Positions 1 to 11,202 of a stretch of 14,656 nt of DNA are shown here, in pieces; position 1 is the first letter of the stretch; each line of letters starts with the position of its first letter. The translations under genes were made by a program, and so were the position numbers. A model generated the notes under the pieces. The model was not told the origin of the DNA, made no database searches, and saw nothing but the letters and a program-made list of their open reading frames with translations. The stretch comes from a virus (taxonomy: Duplodnaviria > Heunggongvirae > Uroviricota > Caudoviricetes): the IMG/VR virus record IMGVR_UViG_2713896903_000001, one strand, 5' to 3'.

Positions 1-138
1 GTAAGCGCCTGCGGGTCAATGCCAGTTGCTCCGCAGCCGTGCGTGAGGCCACCGGCCCCACCCGCGTGGATAATGCAACCAGCCCCCGACTGGCAGACAC
101 CGCTGAGCGGGATTATTTCACCCTCAGAGAACGGCTGA
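1..138 (+). CDS. Rz1: Rz1 outer-membrane lipoprotein spanin (o-spanin), 3' partial, nested in the +1 frame of Rz
   Basis: Frame 1 translates to ...CVRPPAPPAWIMQPAPDWQTPLSGIISPSENG*, a proline-rich C-terminus matching lambda Rz1 as remembered; stop TGA at 136..138, wholly inside the Rz reading frame (the classic embedded-gene architecture). Confidence 0.8.
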   Translation, partial: VSACGSMPVAPQPCVRPPAPPAWIMQPAPDWQTPLSGIISPSENG

Positions 139-200
139 TGACAATGCAAAAGCAACTGGAAGGGGCACAGGAATATATCCGTACCCAGTGTATACCGTGA
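1..200 (+). CDS. Rz: Rz inner-membrane spanin (i-spanin), 3' partial
   Basis: Frame starting at position 3 translates to ...PRLADTAERDYFTLRERLMTMQKQLEGAQEYIRTQCIP*, matching the C-terminus of lambda Rz as remembered; stop TGA at 198..200. The 5' end lies outside the window. Confidence 0.85.
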   Translation, partial: KRLRVNASCSAAVREATGPTRVDNATSPRLADTAERDYFTLRERLMTMQKQLEGAQEYIRTQCIP

Positions 201-666
201 TGTTTTGTTATAAAGGTGTTGATGGTTGTGTTAGGGGGGATTTAACAAAAAGCCAGTTCCGGACTTTATAGTGTGCTCAGATCATGGCCAAAAACGATTT
301 CTGTGATAAATATTTTGAATATTATTTACAGGTAAATGACGTGGGTCGCATGAATGAAAATATTACAATAGAGTATTAAGTATATGTTCATATTGTATGG
401 GCTGAGAAGGCAAAACACGGTAATTCCTTATGTTGCTATGATACTTGATTGGCAGAATAGTTATTTGGTCTTGAGTATATAGTCAGCGTTTTTTGTTCAG
501 TAATAGTTCTTTCAGTAAAAAAACAATAAATAGCGTGATTATTTCTGTTTGTTATTTATATTTTTGTTTGTTGTTTTATTGTCTTTCTGTGGAGGGGGGA
601 GTATTGTTCCCTTATTAAGGGCAGGTAAATTTAGAATGGTAATCTGTAGATAATTGGAGGTCACTT

Positions 667-981
667 ATGCTACATGATCACCTGGCTGAATGTCTGGAGA
701 AAAAAGGACTGTACCGGCGAGCGGCTGAACGATGGGCAAAAGTGATGGTACAGCTAAGTGATGATCAGAAAAGAAAAATCGCGGCACAGAAACGAGCAGA
801 GTGTTTGCGTAAGGCGCGCCGGACTTCGGTTGCACCGGTGAATCTGACAGAAATAAAGCAAGCGGTCAACAGACTACATTCTGAGTTGGGAATGGGATTT
901 GAAGAGCGGCGGATATTCCGACGATATAAAGGGACAGGAGAACAGAATACGTCCGGAAACGCGCGGTCAAAAAAATGCTAA
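667..981 (+). CDS. Putative PerC/Pch-family transcriptional regulator (104 aa), prophage accessory (moron) gene
   Basis: ORF-track ORF of 104 aa; GGAGG Shine-Dalgarno at 656..660, 6 nt before the ATG; N-terminal motif LEKKGLYRRAAERW resembles the PerC-family signature as I remember it; basic, small, sits in an AT-rich island between the lysis cassette and cos; followed by a hairpin terminator. Family assignment is from memory, not a search. Confidence 0.5.
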   Translation: MLHDHLAECLEKKGLYRRAAERWAKVMVQLSDDQKRKIAAQKRAECLRKARRTSVAPVNLTEIKQAVNRLHSELGMGFEERRIFRRYKGTGEQNTSGNARSKKC

Positions 982-1017
982 AAAATATCTGAGAAAGTTA
1001 TTGCCTGTTACCATAAT

Positions 1018-1044
1018 AAAAAGCGACTTTAGTAGTCGCTTTTT
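1018..1044 (+). terminator. Rho-independent terminator-like hairpin downstream of the 667..981 ORF
   Basis: Perfect 7-bp stem AGCGACT (1022..1028) / AGTCGCT (1034..1040) with 5-nt loop, followed by TTTT (1041..1044) and preceded by an A-run (1018..1022), so it could act in either direction. Confidence 0.4.
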
Positions 1045-1495
1045 GTGTCATATATACGTCGTTTAAGTAAACCTGTCTGAACAGGTGCTCTGGTCGTGTT
1101 TGTTTTTGTTGGGTACAAATTGAGAATGTTTTTCATTAATTAGTCTTCTTCAGCAGACTTCAATAATCCACGCTGAAAAAATTCCTGAACCTTTCTGACC
1201 AAAAGCGATGTTAATTTGTTCAATCATCTGGTTTGGAAATCGGATGTTGAGGGCTGTTGTTCTGCGGGTTCTGTTCTTTGATGACATAATGTTGCCCCAT
1301 ATTCAGTGTTGCTGGTTTGTATTTTCTGAAGTTGCTTTTACGTTAATTTGATGTGGATCAATTGATGCAATGCCTGCGTCATAATTGATCATTTCTTGTG
1401 GTTAGATTGCGTACACACACGTTCTGATGAGTCATCATGCAGATGATAACTATTCTCATTTTTTGTGGGTCCTTTCCGGCGATCTGACAGGCTAC

Positions 1496-1507
1496 GGGGC
1501 GGAAGGC
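1496..1507. other. cosN-like cohesive-end site (variant 12-mer GGGCGGAAGGCG)
   Basis: Flanks (..GGGTCCTTTCCGGCGATCTGACAGGCTACG | 12-mer | CGCGGATTTTCGCTATTTATGAAAATTTTCCGG..) match the lambda right-end/left-end junction as remembered; the 12-mer left half GGGCGG matches lambda GGGCGGCGACCT but the right half differs at 5 positions. It lies about 190 bp upstream of nu1, as in lambda. Confidence 0.6.
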
Positions 1508-1547
1508 GCGCGGATTTTCGCTATTTATGAAAATTTTCCGGTTTAAG

Positions 1548-1661
1548 GCGTTTCCGTTCTTCTTCTCCGTAACGTCATGTTTTTATTTAAAACCCCCCCT
1601 GAAAAGAAAGGAAACGACAGGTGCTGAAAACGGGCTTTTTGGCCTCTGTCGTTTCCTTTCT
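1548..1661. promoter_or_regulatory. cosB: terminase small-subunit binding sites R3 (1548..1560), R2 (1605..1620), R1 (1646..1661)
   Basis: Three copies of the CGTTTCC(G/T)TTCT element: R3 GCGTTTCCGTTCT; R2 AGAAAGGAAACGACAG and R1 CTGTCGTTTCCTTTCT are exact 16-bp reverse complements of each other. Position between cosN and nu1 matches lambda cosB organisation. Confidence 0.7.
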
Positions 1662-1685
1662 CTGTTTTTGTCCGTGGAATGAACA

Positions 1686-2205
1686 ATGGAAGTCAACAAA
1701 AAGCAGCTGGCTGACATTTTCGGTGCGAGTATCCGTACCATTCAGAACTGGCAGGAGCAGGGAATGCCCGTTCTGCGAGGCGGTGGCAAGGGTAATGAGG
1801 TGCTTTATGACTCTGCCGCCGTCATAAAATGGTATGCCGAAAGGGATGCTGAAATTGAGAACGAAAAGCTGCGCCGGGAGGTTGAAGAACTGCGGCAGGC
1901 CAGCGAGACAGATCTCCTGCCAGGGACTATTGAGTACGAACGCCATCGACTTACGCGTGCGCAGGCCGATGCACAGGAGCTGAAAAATGCCAGAGACTCC
2001 GCTGAAGTGGTGGAAACCGCATTCTGTACTTTCGTGCTGTCGCGGATCGCAGGTGAAATTGCCAGTATTCTCGACGGGATCCCCCTGTCGGTGCAGCGGC
2101 GTTTTCCGGAACTGGAAAACCGACATGTTGATTTCCTGAAACGGGATATCATCAAAGCCATGAACAAAGCAGCCGCACTGGATGAACTGATACCGGGGTT
2201 GCTGA

Positions 2206-2231
<26 letters not shown>
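1686..2231 (+). CDS. nu1: Terminase small subunit gpNu1
   Basis: 181-aa ORF starting MEVNKKQLADIFGASIRTIQNWQEQGMPVLRGGGKGNEV, matching lambda gpNu1 as remembered (N-terminal winged-HTH DNA-binding region); immediately downstream of cosB; 3' end overlaps the start of A. Confidence 0.96.
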
Positions 2232-5912
<3,681 letters not shown>

Positions 5913-5932
<20 letters not shown>

Positions 5933-7232
5933 TCTCCCGCATATTGCCAGCATGGCCTTTAATGAGCCGCTGATGCTTGAACCCGCCTATGCGCGGGTTT
6001 TCTTTTGTGCGCTTGCCGGCCAGCTTGGGATCAGCCGCCTGACGGATGCGGTGTCCGGCGACAGCCTGACTGCCGGAGAGGCACCCGCGACACTGGCGTT
6101 ATCCGTTGATGATGACGGACCACGACAGGCCCGCAGTTATCAGGTCATGAACGGCATCGCCGTGCTGCCGGTGTCCGGCACGCTGGTCAGCCGGACGCGG
6201 GCGCTGCAGCCGTATTCGGGGATGACCGGTTACAACGGCATTATCGCCCGTCTGCAACAGGCTGCCAGCGATCCGATGGTGGACGGCATTCTGCTGGATA
6301 TGGATACGCCAGGCGGAATGGTGGCGGGGGCATTTGACTGCGCTGACATCATCGCCCGTGTGCGTGACATAAAACCGGTATGGGCGCTGGCCAACGACAT
6401 GAACTGCAGTGCAGGTCAGCTGCTTGCCAGTGCCGCCTCCCGGCGTCTGGTCACGCAGACTGCCCGGACAGGCTCCATCGGCGTCATGATGGCTCACAGT
6501 AATTACGGTGCTGCGCTGGAGAAACAGGGCGTGGAAATCACTCTGATTTACAGCGGCAGCCATAAGGTGGATGGCAACCCCTACAGCCATCTTCCGGATG
6601 ACGTCCGGGAAACACTGCAGTCCCGGATGGATACAACCCGCCGGATGTTTGCACAGAAGGTGTCGGCATATACCGGCCTGTCCGTGCAGGCCGTGCTGGA
6701 TACCGAGGCTGCAGTGTACAGCGGTCATGAGGCCATTGATGCCGGACTGGCTGATGAACTTGTTAACAGCACCGATGCGATCATCGTCATGCGTGATGCA
6801 CTGGATGCACGTAAACCCCGTCTCTCAGGAGGGCGAATGACCAAAGAGACTCAATCAACAACTGTTTCAGCCACTGCTTCGCAGGCTGATGTTACTGGCG
6901 TGGTGACAGCGACGGAGGGCGAAAACGCCAGCGCGGCGCAGCCGGACGTGAACGCGCAGATCACCGCAGCGGTTGCGGCAGAAAACAGCCGCATTATGGG
7001 GATCCTCAATTGTGAGGAGGCTCACGGACGTGAAGAACAGGCACGCGTGCTGGCAGAAACCCCCGGTATGACCGTGGAAACGGCCCGCCGCATTCTGGCC
7101 GCTGCACCACAGAGTGCACAGGCGCGCAGTGACACTGCGCTGGATCGTCTGATGCAGGGGGCACCGGCACCGCTGGCTGCAGGTAACCCGGCACCTGATG
7201 CCGTTAACGATTTGCTGAACACACCAGTGTAA
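5913..7232 (+). CDS. C: Prohead protease gpC (439 aa, GTG start)
   Basis: The ORF track begins this frame at an in-frame ATG inside B (5781), but the lambda-equivalent start is GTG at 5913..5915, preceded by AGGAGGAG (5901..5908), giving (V/M)TAELRNLPHIASMAFNEPLMLEPAYARVFF... and a 439-aa product; overlaps the B 3' end by 20 nt as in lambda. Confidence 0.9.
6627..7232 (+). CDS. nu3: Scaffolding protein gpNu3, internal in-frame initiation within C
   Basis: ATG at 6627..6629 is in the C frame, 714 nt after the C start, giving a 201-aa product MDTTRRMFAQKV... that shares the stop with C; matches the nested C/nu3 arrangement of lambda (coordinate arithmetic against remembered lambda coordinates). 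Confidence 0.75.
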   Translation: MDTTRRMFAQKVSAYTGLSVQAVLDTEAAVYSGHEAIDAGLADELVNSTDAIIVMRDALDARKPRLSGGRMTKETQSTTVSATASQADVTGVVTATEGENASAAQPDVNAQITAAVAAENSRIMGILNCEEAHGREEQARVLAETPGMTVETARRILAAAPQSAQARSDTALDRLMQGAPAPLAAGNPAPDAVNDLLNTPV

Positions 7233-7241
7233 GGGATGTTT

Positions 7242-7574
7242 ATGACGAGCAAAGAAACCTTTACCCATTATCAGCCGCTGGGCAACAGTGACCCGGCTCA
7301 TACCGCAACCGCGCCCGGCGGATTGAGTGCGAAAGCGCCTGCAATGACCCCGCTGATGCTGGACACCTCCACCCGTAAGCTGGTTGCGTGGGATGGCACC
7401 ACCGACGGTGCTGCCGTTGGCATTCTGGCGGTTGCTGCTGACCAGACCAGCACCACGCTGACGTTCTACAAGTCCGGCACGTTCCGTTATGAAGATGTGC
7501 TCTGGCCGGAGGCTGCCAGCGACGAGACGAAAAAACGGACCGCGTTTGCCGGAACGGCAATCAGCATCGTTTAA
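7242..7574 (+). CDS. D: Head decoration/stabilisation protein gpD
   Basis: 110-aa product [43 protein letters not shown]... matching lambda gpD as remembered; the ORF-track start at 7236 adds two codons (MF) and is probably not used. Confidence 0.94.
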   Translation: MTSKETFTHYQPLGNSDPAHTATAPGGLSAKAPAMTPLMLDTSTRKLVAWDGTTDGAAVGILAVAADQTSTTLTFYKSGTFRYEDVLWPEAASDETKKRTAFAGTAISIV

Positions 7575-7593
7575 CCTTACCCTTCATCACTAA

Positions 7594-7616
7594 AGGCCGC
7601 CTGTGCGGCTTTTTTT
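7594..7616 (+). terminator. GC-rich hairpin plus U-run between D and E (terminator/attenuator-like)
   Basis: Stem GCCGC (7596..7600) / GCGGC (7605..7609) with loop CTGT, followed by TTTTTTT (7610..7616); sits in the 55-nt D-E gap just upstream of the E start. Confidence 0.35.
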
Positions 7617-7629
7617 ACGGGATTTTTTT

Positions 7630-8655
7630 ATGTCGATGTACACAACCGCCCAGCTGCTGGCGGCAAATGAGAAGAAATTTAAGTTTGATCCGCTGTTTCT
7701 GCGTCTCTTTTTCCGTGAGAGCTATCCCTTCACCACGGAGAAAGTCTATCTCTCACAAATTCCGGGGCTGGTAAACATGGCGCTGTACGTTTCGCCGATT
7801 GTTTCCGGTGAAGTTATCCGCTCCCGTGGCGGCTCCACTTCTGAATTTACGCCGGGATATGTCAAGCCGAAGCATGAGGTGAATCCGCAGATGACCCTGC
7901 GTCGCCTGCCGGATGAAGATCCACAGAATCTGGCAGACCCGGCTTACCGCCGCCGTCGCATCATCATGCAGAACATGCGTGACGAAGAGCTGGCCATTGC
8001 TCAGGTCGAAGAGATGCAGGCCGTTTCTGCCGTGCTTAAGGGCAAATACACCATGACCGGTGAAGCCTTCGATCCGGTTGAGGTGGATATGGGCCGCAGT
8101 GCGGCGAACAACATCACGCAGTCCGGCGGCACGGAGTGGAGCAAGCGTGACAAGTCCACGTATGACCCGACCGACGATATCGAAGCCTACGCGCTGAACG
8201 CCAGCGGCGTGGTGAATATCATCGTGTTTGATCCGAAAGGCTGGGCGCTGTTCCGTTCCTTCAAAGCCGTCAGGGAGAAGCTGGATACCCGTCGTGGCTC
8301 TCATTCCGAGCTGGAGACAGCGGTAAAAGACCTGGGCAAAGTGGTGTCTTATAAGGGAATGTATGGCGATGTGGCCATCGTCGTATATTCCGGACAGTAC
8401 GTGGAAAACGGCGTCAAAAAGAACTTCCTGCCGGACAACACGATGGTGCTGGGTAACACTCATGCACGCGGTCTGCGCACTTATGGCTGTATTCAGGATG
8501 CGGATGCATTGAGTGAGGGTATTAATGCGTCTCCCCGTTATCCGAAAAACTGGAAGACATCCGGCGATCCGGCGCGAGAGTTCACCATGATTCAGTCAGC
8601 ACCGCTGATGCTGCTGGCTGACCCTGATGAGTTCGTGTCCGTACAACTGGCGTAA
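7630..8655 (+). CDS. E: Major capsid protein gpE (HK97-fold)
   Basis: 341-aa product MSMYTTAQLLAANEKKFKFDPLFLRLFFRESYPFTTEKVYLSQIPGLVNMALYVSPIVSGEV... matching lambda gpE as remembered; the ORF-track start at 7603 is an upstream in-frame ATG that lies within the preceding hairpin. Confidence 0.96.
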   Translation: MSMYTTAQLLAANEKKFKFDPLFLRLFFRESYPFTTEKVYLSQIPGLVNMALYVSPIVSGEVIRSRGGSTSEFTPGYVKPKHEVNPQMTLRRLPDEDPQNLADPAYRRRRIIMQNMRDEELAIAQVEEMQAVSAVLKGKYTMTGEAFDPVEVDMGRSAANNITQSGGTEWSKRDKSTYDPTDDIEAYALNASGVVNIIVFDPKGWALFRSFKAVREKLDTRRGSHSELETAVKDLGKVVSYKGMYGDVAIVVYSGQYVENGVKKNFLPDNTMVLGNTHARGLRTYGCIQDADALSEGINASPRYPKNWKTSGDPAREFTMIQSAPLMLLADPDEFVSVQLA

Positions 8656-8681
8656 AAATGGCCCTTCGGGGCCATTTTTTC
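8654..8681 (+). terminator. Rho-independent terminator-like hairpin immediately after E
   Basis: Perfect 7-bp stem ATGGCCC (8658..8664) / GGGCCAT (8669..8675), loop TTCG, then a T-run to 8680, with an A-run just upstream (8654..8658). Confidence 0.45.
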
Positions 8682-8696
8682 TCTGTGGAGGAGTCC

Positions 8697-9092
8697 ATGA
8701 CGAAAGATGAACTGATTGCCCGTCTCCGCTCGCTGGGTGAGCAACTGAACCGTGATGTCAGCCTGACGGGGACGAAAGAAGAACTGGCGCTCCGTGTGGC
8801 AGAGCTGGAAGAAGAGCTTGATGACACGGATGACACTGCCGGTCAGGACACCCCTCTCAGCCCGGAAAATGTGCTGACCGGGCATGAAAATGAGGTGGTA
8901 TCAGCGCAGCCGGGTACCGTGACTGATACGGCTGCTCTGGTCACGGTCGTGGCACTGGTGACGCTGCATACTGATGCACTTCACGCCACGCGGGATGAGG
9001 CTGTGGCATTTGTGCTGCCGGGAACGGCGTTCCGTGTCTCTGCCGGTGTGGCAGCTGAAATGACAGAGCGCGGCCTGGCCAGAATGCAATAA
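8697..9092 (+). CDS. FI: DNA-packaging accessory protein gpFI
   Basis: 131-aa product MTKDELIARLRSLGEQLNRDVSLTGTKEELALRVAELEEELDDTDDTAGQDTPLS... matching lambda gpFI as remembered; GGAGGAG Shine-Dalgarno at 8688..8694; the ORF-track start at 8658 is an upstream in-frame ATG inside the E terminator hairpin. Confidence 0.93.
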   Translation: MTKDELIARLRSLGEQLNRDVSLTGTKEELALRVAELEEELDDTDDTAGQDTPLSPENVLTGHENEVVSAQPGTVTDTAALVTVVALVTLHTDALHATRDEAVAFVLPGTAFRVSAGVAAEMTERGLARMQ

Positions 9093-9103
9093 CGGGAGGC
9101 ACT

Positions 9104-9457
9104 GTGGCTGATTTCAATAACCTGTTCGATGCTGCCATTGCCCGCGCCGATGAAACGATACGCGGGTACATGGGAACGTCAGCCACCATTACATCCGGTG
9201 AGCAGTCCGGTGCTGTGATACGTGGTGTTTTTGATGACCCTGAAAATATCAGTTATGCCGGACAGGGCGTACGCGTTGAAGGCTCCAGCCCGTCCCTGTT
9301 TGTCCGGACTGATGATGTGCGGCAGCTGCGGCGCGGCGACACGCTGACCATCGGTGAGGAAAACTTCTGGATAGACCGGATTTCGCCGGATGATGGCGGA
9401 AGCTGTCATCTCTGGCTCGGGCGTGGCGTACCGCCTGCCGTTAACCGTCGCCGCTGA
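9104..9457 (+). CDS. FII: Head-tail joining protein gpFII (GTG start)
   Basis: 117-aa product (M)ADFNNLFDAAIARADETIRGYMGTSATITSGEQSGAVIRGVFDDPENISYAGQGVRVEG... matching lambda gpFII as remembered; GGGAGG at 9094..9099 precedes GTG 9104. Confidence 0.94.
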   Translation: MADFNNLFDAAIARADETIRGYMGTSATITSGEQSGAVIRGVFDDPENISYAGQGVRVEGSSPSLFVRTDDVRQLRRGDTLTIGEENFWIDRISPDDGGSCHLWLGRGVPPAVNRRR

Positions 9458-9468
9458 AAGGGGGATGT

Positions 9469-10047
9469 ATGGCTATAAAAGGTCTTGAGCAGGCCGTTGA
9501 AAACCTCAGCCGTATCAGCAAAACGGCGGTGCCCGGTGCCTCCGCAATGGCCATTAACCGCGTGGCCACAACGGCAATGAATCAGTCGGCGTCACAGGTT
9601 GCCCGTGAGACAAAGGTGCGGCGAAAACTGGTAAAGGAAAGGGCCTGGCTGAAAAGGGCCACGGTCAAAAATCCGCAGGCCAGAATCAAGGTTAACCGGG
9701 GGGATTTGCCCGTAATCAGGCTGGGTAACGCGCGGGTTGTCCTTTCCCGCCGCAGACGTCGTAAAAAGGGGCAGCGTTCATCCCTGAAAGGTAGCGGCAG
9801 CGTGCTTGTGGTGGGAAACCGTCGTATTCCCGGCGCGTTTATTCAGCAACTGAAAAATGGCCGGTGGCATGTCATGCAGCGTGTGGCCGGGAAAAATCGT
9901 TACCCCATTGATGTGGTGAAAATTCCGATGGCGGTGCCGCTGACCACGGCATTTAAACAGAATATTGAACAGATACGGCGTGAACGTTTGCCGAAAGAAC
10001 TGGAATACGCCCTGAAACAACAACTGAGGATTGCGATAAAGCGATGA
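9469..10047 (+). CDS. Z: Tail completion protein gpZ
   Basis: 192-aa ORF MAIKGLEQAVENLSRISKTAVPGASAMAINRVATTAMNQSASQVARETKVRRKLVKERAW... in the Z position; AGGGGGA Shine-Dalgarno upstream; ATGA overlap with U. Confidence 0.94.
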   Translation: MAIKGLEQAVENLSRISKTAVPGASAMAINRVATTAMNQSASQVARETKVRRKLVKERAWLKRATVKNPQARIKVNRGDLPVIRLGNARVVLSRRRRRKKGQRSSLKGSGSVLVVGNRRIPGAFIQQLKNGRWHVMQRVAGKNRYPIDVVKIPMAVPLTTAFKQNIEQIRRERLPKELEYALKQQLRIAIKR

Positions 10048-10439
10048 AACATACGGATATCCGTGCAGCCGTACTGGATGCACTGGAGAATCATAACACC
10101 GGGGCGACGTTTTTTGATGGTCGCCCCGCTGTTTTTGATGAGGCGGATTTTCCGGCAGTTGCCGTTTATCTCACCGGCGCTGAATACACGGGCGAAGAGC
10201 TGGACAGCGATACCTGGCAGGCAGAGCTGCATATCGAAGTTTTCCTGCCTGCTCAGGTGCCGGATTCAGAGCTTGATTCGTGGATGGAGTCCCGGATTTA
10301 TCCGGTGATGAGCGATATCCCGGCACTGTCAGATTTGATCACCAGTATGGTGGCCAGTGGCTATGACTACCGGCGCGACGATGATGCGGGCCTGTGGAGT
10401 TCAGCCGATCTGACTTATGTCATTACCTATGAAATGTGA
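10044..10439 (+). CDS. U: Tail terminator protein gpU
   Basis: 131-aa [70 protein letters not shown]... matching lambda gpU as remembered. Confidence 0.94.
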   Translation: MKHTDIRAAVLDALENHNTGATFFDGRPAVFDEADFPAVAVYLTGAEYTGEELDSDTWQAELHIEVFLPAQVPDSELDSWMESRIYPVMSDIPALSDLITSMVASGYDYRRDDDAGLWSSADLTYVITYEM

Positions 10440-10446
10440 GGACGAT

Positions 10447-11187
10447 ATGCCTGTACCAAATCCAGTAATGCCGGTGAAAGGTGCCGGGACCACACTGTGG
10501 GTTTATAAGGGGAACGGTGACCCTTATGCGAATCCGCTTTCAGACGTTGACTGGTCGCGTCTGGCTAAAGTTAAAGACCTGACGCCCGGCGAACTGACCG
10601 CTGAGTCCTATGACGACAGTTATCTCGATGATGAAGATGCGGACTGGACCGCGACCGGACAGGGGCAGAAGTCAGCCGGAGATACCAGCTTCACGCTGGC
10701 GTGGATGCCCGGAGAGCAGGGGCAGCAGGCGCTGCTGGCGTGGTTTAATGAGGGGGATGTCCGGGCCTATAAAATCCGCTTCCCGAACGGCACGGTCGAT
10801 GTGTTCCGTGGCTGGGTCAGCAGTATCGGTAAGGCGGTGACGGCGAAGGAAGTGATCACCCGTACGGTGAAGGTCACCAATGTGGGCCGTCCGTCAATGG
10901 CAGAAGATCGCAGCACGGTGACAGCGGCAACCGGCATGACGGTGACACCCGCCAGTGCTTCCGTAGTGAAAGGGCAGAGCACCACGCTGACCGTGGCATT
11001 CCAGCCGGAAGGCGCAACCGACAAGAGCTTCCGTGCGGTGTCAGCGGATAAAACAAAAGCCACGGTGTCGGTCAGTGGTATGACCATCACCGTGAAGGGC
11101 GTTGCTGCAGGTAAGGTCAACATTCCGGTTGTATCCGGTAATGGTGAGTTTGCTGCGGTTGCAGAAATCAACGTCACCGCCAGTTAA
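10447..11187 (+). CDS. V: Major tail tube protein gpV with C-terminal Ig-like domain
   Basis: 246-aa product [67 protein letters not shown]... matching lambda gpV as remembered; the C-terminal 80-90 residues ([31 protein letters not shown]...) look like the Big_2 Ig-like domain. The ORF-track start at 10417 is an upstream in-frame ATG overlapping U. Confidence 0.95.
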   Translation: MPVPNPVMPVKGAGTTLWVYKGNGDPYANPLSDVDWSRLAKVKDLTPGELTAESYDDSYLDDEDADWTATGQGQKSAGDTSFTLAWMPGEQGQQALLAWFNEGDVRAYKIRFPNGTVDVFRGWVSSIGKAVTAKEVITRTVKVTNVGRPSMAEDRSTVTAATGMTVTPASASVVKGQSTTLTVAFQPEGATDKSFRAVSADKTKATVSVSGMTITVKGVAAGKVNIPVVSGNGEFAAVAEINVTAS

Positions 11188-11202
11188 TCCGGAGAGTCAG
11201 CG

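Noticed and set aside
284-379. 31-aa + strand ORF (MAKNDFCDKYFEYYLQVNDVGRMNENITIEY) in the AT-rich leader
   Set aside because: Too short to separate from chance, no Shine-Dalgarno upstream, no recognisable motif.
1071-1086. Perfect palindrome ACCTGT-CTGA-ACAGGT downstream of the PerC-like gene terminator
   Set aside because: A 6-bp stem is too short to call an operator or terminator without more evidence, and no T-run follows; noted only as a possible protein-binding site.
1621-1827. 68-aa + strand ORF overlapping cosB R1 and the start of nu1
   Set aside because: Out of frame with nu1 and running through the cosB binding sites; no ribosome-binding site; most simply a chance ORF.
7603-7629. 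Upstream in-frame starts for E (7603), FI (8658), V (10417) and D (7236) suggested by the ORF track
   Set aside because: The extra N-terminal codons overlap terminator hairpins or the upstream gene and are absent from the lambda proteins as remembered; the downstream ATG/GTG starts have better spacing to Shine-Dalgarno sequences.
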